DNA of 64,000 bases from contig CAVSOU010000017.1 in the NCBI GenBank assembly GCA_963729625.1, positions 32,001-96,000 on the forward strand, written 5' to 3'. This document shows positions 60,301 to 64,000 of the stretch, one piece after another. Position 1 is the stretch's first letter. Every line of letters starts with the position of its first letter. This stretch comes from an uncultured bacterium (GTDB taxonomy: Bacteria; Chloroflexota; UBA5177; JANWHV01). A model generated the notes under the pieces. It did not search any database. It worked only from the letters and a program-made list of their open reading frames with translations, and was not told where the DNA came from. Both the position numbers and the translations under genes were made by a program.

Positions 60301-63014
60301 CCACGGTTGGCCCGTTGCCAACCGGCGGCTATTGGCTGCATGTGCGCGCACGCGGCCGGACCGGCGTCTGGGGGGCGGCAGCCAACTACCCCTTCGTGAT
60401 CGACACGCTGCCCCTACGGGTTGGCACGCCGCAGCCGGGACCGGGCGGAACGGGAACCGCCTTCGTCACGGTGCCGATCAGTGACCCGGGCGCGAGCGGG
60501 GTCGACGCCTCCACCATTCGCCTCCAGGTGTTCGGCAAGACCTACGGTCCCGGAAGCGACATCGTCAGCTACGATCTCTCCGCAGGGGCGGCTACCCTCA
60601 ACATTGGCTACATTCAGCCTGCCCCCCAAAACTTGTTCCCTGGTGGGAAGGTGCCTGTCGTCCTGCTCGCGGCATCTGATGCCGCAGGCAACAGCATTGT
60701 CCGACCGATAGCCTGGACGTATACGCTTGATATTCCCACTGCGCTGCCAGGTGGCGCCCAGCTGCTGACCACCCGTGGCGGAGACTCGCCAACCTTCTCT
60801 CCCGACGGCACGCGAGTTGCCTTCATTTCCCACCGCATCGGAGCAGCGCATGTGTGGACTATCGACGCCGGCGACCTGGGAGAGAAGCACGGCACCGCCC
60901 GCCAGATTGTCAGCGGACCGGGGGTCGATGCCGATCCGGCATGGTCGCCCACCGGCGATGTGATCGCCTTCGACTCGACCCGTAATGGTAGTCGCCAGCT
61001 CTACCTCGTGCAGCCCAACGGCGCTGGTTTGCGGCAGATTTCGAGCAGCGCCGGCGGAGCTATGCAGCCGACCTGGTCGCCGGACGGCAAACAGATCGCC
61101 TTCGTGAGCGACGGCAACCTCATGGTGGTCAATCGGGACGGCAGCGGCCTGCGTACCGTGATCGCCGACGGGGAGCACGCTGTGCGCGATCCGTCCTGGT
61201 CGCCGGACGGCAGGGTGATTGCCTTTCGCCATAGCCTGTACGTCGACCAGATCTGGACCGTGCGCCCGGACGGCACACACGACGGCATCTTGACGTCGCT
61301 GGCGAGCGGTGAATCACAGTCCTCGCCGGCCTGGCTGGCGGACGGTCGCGTGGCCTACGTCTCACTGCGCGAGAAGGTGTCCGCCCTGTACGCGGTCGAG
61401 CCCGACGGCACTGAGCAGAACACCTTGGCCGGCCAACCGCCCGCGCAGTTGTTCACGCCAGCGGCCTCGCGCGACGGCTCGACCATCGCCTTCGTTTCCA
61501 CCCTGGCTGGCGGACACAACATCTTCGTCAGCCGACAATTCCGCATCGAGCCACTGGACGTAAGTGCCGAGAGCTTCGACCCAACCGCCGGCCACGCGGT
61601 GGCCATCCGCTACGGCCTCACCTCGTCGGCCACGGTCTCCATCGGGATCACCGACAGCAACGAGCACACGGTACGCACGCTTGTCGTGCACAAGTTGCTG
61701 CCCGCCGGCGTGCGGCAGCTGACCTGGGATGGCAGGGACGATCGGGGCCGTCTGCTGGGCGAGGGTGTGTACTCCGTCCAGGTGGCCGGGCAAGCACCGG
61801 GCCTGCCTGTGCTCAAGCGCGGGTTGGGCGTGACGATCGACGACGTGAGCCAGCACGGTACATTGGTCATCGCAGTGACCGACAAAGGGCGACCTGCGGG
61901 TGGCGCCGCGCTCACGGTGCTACGGGCCGGCACGCAGTCCTACGTCGAACAGGACATGACCGGCAGGACAGGCTCGAGCACGATCAGCCTCAGTCCGGGC
62001 ATCTACGACGTGCTTGCGCAGGCGGATAACGGCGACCAGGGCGTGGCAAGCAATCTCGTCGTGCGTCGACACGGCGCGCTGAGCCACGCGATCAAGCTCG
62101 CCGTGCCCGCAGTGCCGTCGCCCGGCGCGTCAGCCACGGCCCCTGTTTCCAGCCCAGCCGTCCAGAAGTCGGCGACGCCGATCGGCAGTGCGACTGCGGC
62201 CAGTACGCCAACAGCCACTACCGCTGCGGCCGCCGGAACACCTGCGGCCAGTGCCACGTCCCCGGCGAGCAAGGGAAATACGGGCACGCTGGTCGTGTCC
62301 GTGCAGACGTCGCCCGGCCATTCGGCGATTGACGCCGGAGTTGATGTCTACCTGGGGAGCCGGCTGATTAGTTACGGTGGCACCGACAGCACTGGTGTGA
62401 TCACGTTCACCGTTAGCCCGGGCACCTACTCCATCCAGATCCGGCTGGCTGCCGCGACCGCTACGATCAGCACCGTGAAAGTCTCTCTCGGTAGGGTCAC
62501 CCGGCAAACAGTGACCCTCGGTTCCGGCACGCTGAAGGTGCAGGTGGACCTGGTAGCAGGCAGGCCGGCGGTTGACGCCGATGTCGAGGTCTATCGCGGG
62601 AGCACACTGGTTAGCTACGGCGGCACGGACAGCACCGGCAGGATCACATTCACCCTCAACGCCGGCAGCTATGCCATACAGGCGAGCCTCGGGAAAGCAA
62701 CGGGGCCTGTGGTCACCGCGACGGTCGAGGGCGGCGCGGTGGCGCTGAGCACGGTGGTGCTGAACGCCGGCCAGCTTGTCGTGAAAGTGCTCACGAAGTC
62801 GGGAGCACCGGCGGTTGGTGCCGAGGTGGATATTTCTCAGGGGGGCACACTTCTCGCTTACGACGACACCGACAGCACCGGTGCGGTCACGTTCACGCTC
62901 AACGCGGGCACCTACACCGTGCAGGCGAGCCTCGGCGGCGCCACGAACAAGTCGCTCTCGGTGCACGTGAGCGCGGGTGGCACCAGCAGCTACACTACCA
63001 CGTTGGGAAGATAG
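54309..63014 (+). CDS. Giant secreted RHS/YD-repeat protein with C-terminal FlgD/Ig, TolB-like propeller and beta-sandwich repeats
   Basis: GAGGAGG RBS, Sec-type signal, DUF6531-like segment, YD repeats, RHS core RLYDPALARFLSPDP..SPATRSDPLG, two WDGRD motifs, PxWSPDG repeats. Confidence 0.9.
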   Translation: MKVRHWLRTALCALAICMTWPSYAAHGAPRATAAAAPSPAGVPAGWLSTSALGTTPADVLPQAFVASAAQWRALPLQIAEQAAPAFQDAAGGGGAAAALLAQTLLGQNIVTPDPRALAQNRLSAVLGPLAQTLGVATSAASTTSGSSGLAADLVDPASGVLHVTYQDFSVPARGQPMALQRTFVSGNTAASAMGNGWAFTYGIHLAYDASGNPLIEEAAGGVTHFAFWQAPSTYIALDAPGWEVLWLHPGGATQLMADGSSHQFDALGRLVRLQDRDGIGLTINYRGANLASVVDAAGRSLRFTENSAGLISTITDPMGAVIRYGHDGAGNLISVTTAAGATTRYAYSTPTSDSYDTARLTGITLPRGGTIHFSYDSGARVSRVAGPGTMNTAITYADNAAPGTVRTDLVDATGAHTEIDTFNTSPLTTGVQLPVVTRLVDATGRTTTVTSGPSGVTIEDGEGRMKPVASNAGGPASTIQAPQTGANRLGYDQATSTLSMLTGISGRPTTLVYDAAGHLAGIRDATGALTKVEQIAPLTFHVVSPNSGVAILQFDAAGNVIALTDAMGRKTTFLWDPDGRLTGISDPAHGRLTFRYGPSGALLARTDALGAVTSYSYDADGDLTSMRDALGDTWRFTYDAFDLPVSVVDPLGDTDRLSYDDAGRLTMVTDPLGAVTRAGYDGAGRVASVTDPLGHTTRYRYGAAGELVAATSPAGRTTRYSYDAAGQPVVVTDADGSSTTLMYDDAGRLTASRAGAGPTTEYRYDAVGRLTQRTVPDESGASYTYDAAGYLVSAGNGSGTIRDAYDAAGDLTSTVDTSGHTIRYSYDAAGRRATMTSATGTVTRYAYDAAGHISAIDDPLGSSTFRYDVRGERVAATLPGGIAVSYLYDKADRLTALTYKHGATVVARFVYGYDRDGNVVQEQALGDTLRYRYDAANRLTAMQGSTRSDDASYAYDADGNLLSSASRGALRYDAAGRLLTAGSASMAYDPAGRAMTGLAGAIYGYDQSGNLLAAHTSGADVMYGEDALGRIVTRLEAGNTTLTVYDGSDPVAAFGPIPSVVARNVYGPWIDEPLAFSANGQTYTYVVDRLGSVRMVLDGAGTPVATLRYDAYGRLLGKTGSGPTTLGFAGRPYDPATGLIDLRDRLYDPALARFLSPDPLARPGAADYPYAADSPATRSDPLGLCAESSGEGPSNSTLGVFAAESSGLPELLGETFGQAFSGYGAWHQIEQFNAANAAFGDGCKGVNNTDPTFIDAAGVAATDRGSEAGNSTLALTRGASGGSVEALFPVAAAGTVTIGVYDAHGHLTRALAAQPASPPVLDITWDGRDTAGHEVADGTYYMLETEQPAAAGAQATCALRTIAVTAGASGPFVVPVLSVPPATSSVSAKIVTPVSGALVRGLVPIDGVASGSDFDHYQLDYGPGTSPTRWTGIRATVSGTAGVPDKGPVTLALLHTLSGNLGSLDTGLSDYFYYRSSGAQGLSGLYTIRLRVFGRHGEVAQALAWIVVGRVATYVQDATIASPSGLASLAVPSMAIHDIAQVFAVLPLTSTEPIPAQLRPLSRVYALHPSGYVFSIPATLSMHISTTAPGAAIYAWDAGTNRWQPLRTSVAGAKHGTTLSTPVARLNQAPALYAVFAPIAAPAPPLLFPLGAAPSGATTVTLAAATRPGLLVQVLSAGRPTGVPVVAGADGLAVIPGIHLQSGQNRFTAVARDSAGHISAPSQAISVTAAPKTLELLDPATTLPAKVTDLAAVPRPAQAGPPPPVVNSPTLHAVLAAEFHRPQDLWPGRTAPLGASTTVVTDGGHTALEITAGGTGDLTTGVPVSSFNLATHPLITFSYKVPPTVSVDLAIHANGTWWVAPLSDPPPTANDFARVYFFPLGDYPSLKLVRDNRWHDITLNLYQLIRDQQPTGPVVVDRMAFGDWEPSGWLGVRPSSANAPATSFLLDHVALPAVSRISTASFSWSEPAGQGISAYSYLLDQKPSTVPPARSMGLAPATTVGPLPTGGYWLHVRARGRTGVWGAAANYPFVIDTLPLRVGTPQPGPGGTGTAFVTVPISDPGASGVDASTIRLQVFGKTYGPGSDIVSYDLSAGAATLNIGYIQPAPQNLFPGGKVPVVLLAASDAAGNSIVRPIAWTYTLDIPTALPGGAQLLTTRGGDSPTFSPDGTRVAFISHRIGAAHVWTIDAGDLGEKHGTARQIVSGPGVDADPAWSPTGDVIAFDSTRNGSRQLYLVQPNGAGLRQISSSAGGAMQPTWSPDGKQIAFVSDGNLMVVNRDGSGLRTVIADGEHAVRDPSWSPDGRVIAFRHSLYVDQIWTVRPDGTHDGILTSLASGESQSSPAWLADGRVAYVSLREKVSALYAVEPDGTEQNTLAGQPPAQLFTPAASRDGSTIAFVSTLAGGHNIFVSRQFRIEPLDVSAESFDPTAGHAVAIRYGLTSSATVSIGITDSNEHTVRTLVVHKLLPAGVRQLTWDGRDDRGRLLGEGVYSVQVAGQAPGLPVLKRGLGVTIDDVSQHGTLVIAVTDKGRPAGGAALTVLRAGTQSYVEQDMTGRTGSSTISLSPGIYDVLAQADNGDQGVASNLVVRRHGALSHAIKLAVPAVPSPGASATAPVSSPAVQKSATPIGSATAASTPTATTAAAAGTPAASATSPASKGNTGTLVVSVQTSPGHSAIDAGVDVYLGSRLISYGGTDSTGVITFTVSPGTYSIQIRLAAATATISTVKVSLGRVTRQTVTLGSGTLKVQVDLVAGRPAVDADVEVYRGSTLVSYGGTDSTGRITFTLNAGSYAIQASLGKATGPVVTATVEGGAVALSTVVLNAGQLVVKVLTKSGAPAVGAEVDISQGGTLLAYDDTDSTGAVTFTLNAGTYTVQASLGGATNKSLSVHVSAGGTSSYTTTLGR
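62280..63011 (+). repeat. Three 81-aa (243-bp) C-terminal beta-sandwich repeats
   Basis: TDSTG motifs start at 62382, 62625 and 62868. Confidence 0.85.
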
Positions 63015-63158
63015 GCGTGAACGGTACGCATGGCATCGCTCTAGCAAAGGGACTGGAACTCAATCCCAGCCTCGGTATTGCGGTGCACGAGGCGTCGTGC
63101 ACCGGTGAAGACCAATAGACCGAGCCTGGATTATTCAGGAACCCTGACGGAAACGAGC

Positions 63159-63980
63159 TTAGCAAGGATGCTGGGAGGCTCGTGATGGCGCGCGTCGCCA
63201 GCTCAGAGCGAGTGCTCGGTCCACCAGCGCATACTGATTCTCGCGACTGGCGGGATGCTCCCGCACTTGCTGCGGGGTCGATTGTCGGACGTAGCCCCTG
63301 GACGCGTTGCGTGGGTCAAGCAGACTGCCCCGATCAAGATAGGGCTGCAGGCCGACGGCGCTGAACGGCAACGACGCTGCGTCGAGATGGCGGAGCATGG
63401 CGCCGAGGTAGCTGGTACCGCTGCTCCCTGCATCCAGATTGCCGCCGATGTTGTGGCAGAACACCCCACCCAGCAGGATCCGAATGTCTCCGCGTGCGGC
63501 GGCGAACGCTTGACTGACCGCGCGCAAGAGCGCCGCATACGTGGATGGGTAGATGAAGGCCGAGCCAGCATACACGGTTGGGGAGGGATACTGATTCCAT
63601 GCATTCGGCTCGTTCCAGAGTTCCTACAGTCGTAAGGAGGGAAAGGCCGTGGCAAGACGGACTGCCGCGGCGACGAACTGCTCCCTAAACTCATCGTGGC
63701 CATCCGTGGTGCCGCCATTCTCCTCGTTCGTCGCGTTCCAGGCGCCCTGATTTGCGCGCGGCACGATCTGGTGGGACAACAGCCCGATCACGTCGACACC
63801 GGCGCGGTCGAGGTCGTCGACGATGCCCGCGTACCGCGCGACGAGCGCCAGATCCCAGCCGGCCTGTGGACCGACGCGGAACTCGAAGCGCGCGACCTGC
63901 GCACCACACGTCCGCAATGCTTCGAGGTCGTGCGCGCCGAACAGCCGGATTTGCACGTCGTTACTCAACATCTGGCCCAA
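63159..63980 (-). pseudogene. Clan GH-A-like glycoside hydrolase pseudogene
   Basis: Two listed ORFs are one frame split by TAG at 63624-63626: RL*ELWNEPNAW; 3' end degenerate. Confidence 0.7.
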
Positions 63981-64000
63981 GGCGAGTCCTTTTTTTATGC

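Noticed and set aside
63015-63158. Immunity gene after the RHS protein
   Set aside because: No ORF with an RBS and adequate length.
63624-63626. Amber recoding (also TAG in the PIN stump)
   Set aside because: Many intact genes here end in TAG, and both cases carry other lesions.
1-64000. CRISPR array, tRNA, rRNA, IS or integrase
   Set aside because: No regularly spaced repeats, RNA-gene signatures or DDE/tyrosine/serine recombinase motifs were seen by eye.

Overview
High-GC bacterial accessory/metabolic region. Chloroflexota-like affinity is an inference from protein families, not proven. No rRNA, tRNA, CRISPR array or recognisable transposase/integrase was seen. Left to right: (1) an intact VapBC-type toxin-antitoxin pair behind a decayed second pair, then an M32 carboxypeptidase; (2) a 13-kb sugar catabolic cluster (cupin isomerase, CUT2 ABC importer, SDR, a close levoglucosan-dehydrogenase homolog, hydrolase, TIM-barrel enzyme, second Gfo/Idh/MocA, DhaK/DhaL); (3) an AddAB-like nuclease/helicase pair with a frameshift; (4) arsN2-arsR-arsM; (5) murQ-GNAT-anmK, a PAS-GGDEF cyclase, a GT-C glycosyltransferase, a cyclase-family hydrolase and htpX; (6) a second, DeoR-linked sugar cluster (CUT1 ABC, Gfo/Idh/MocA, SIS, amidohydrolase, CocE/NonD); (7) a GT39-like glycosyltransferase divergent from an MprAB-like two-component system; (8) a 2,901-aa signal-peptide-bearing RHS/YD protein with about 1,700 aa of Ig/FlgD/TolB-like modules after its DPxG autocleavage motif and no immunity gene, the most unusual object here. 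About 15 short gene remnants lie between the intact modules. All family assignments come from motif recognition; no database search was run.
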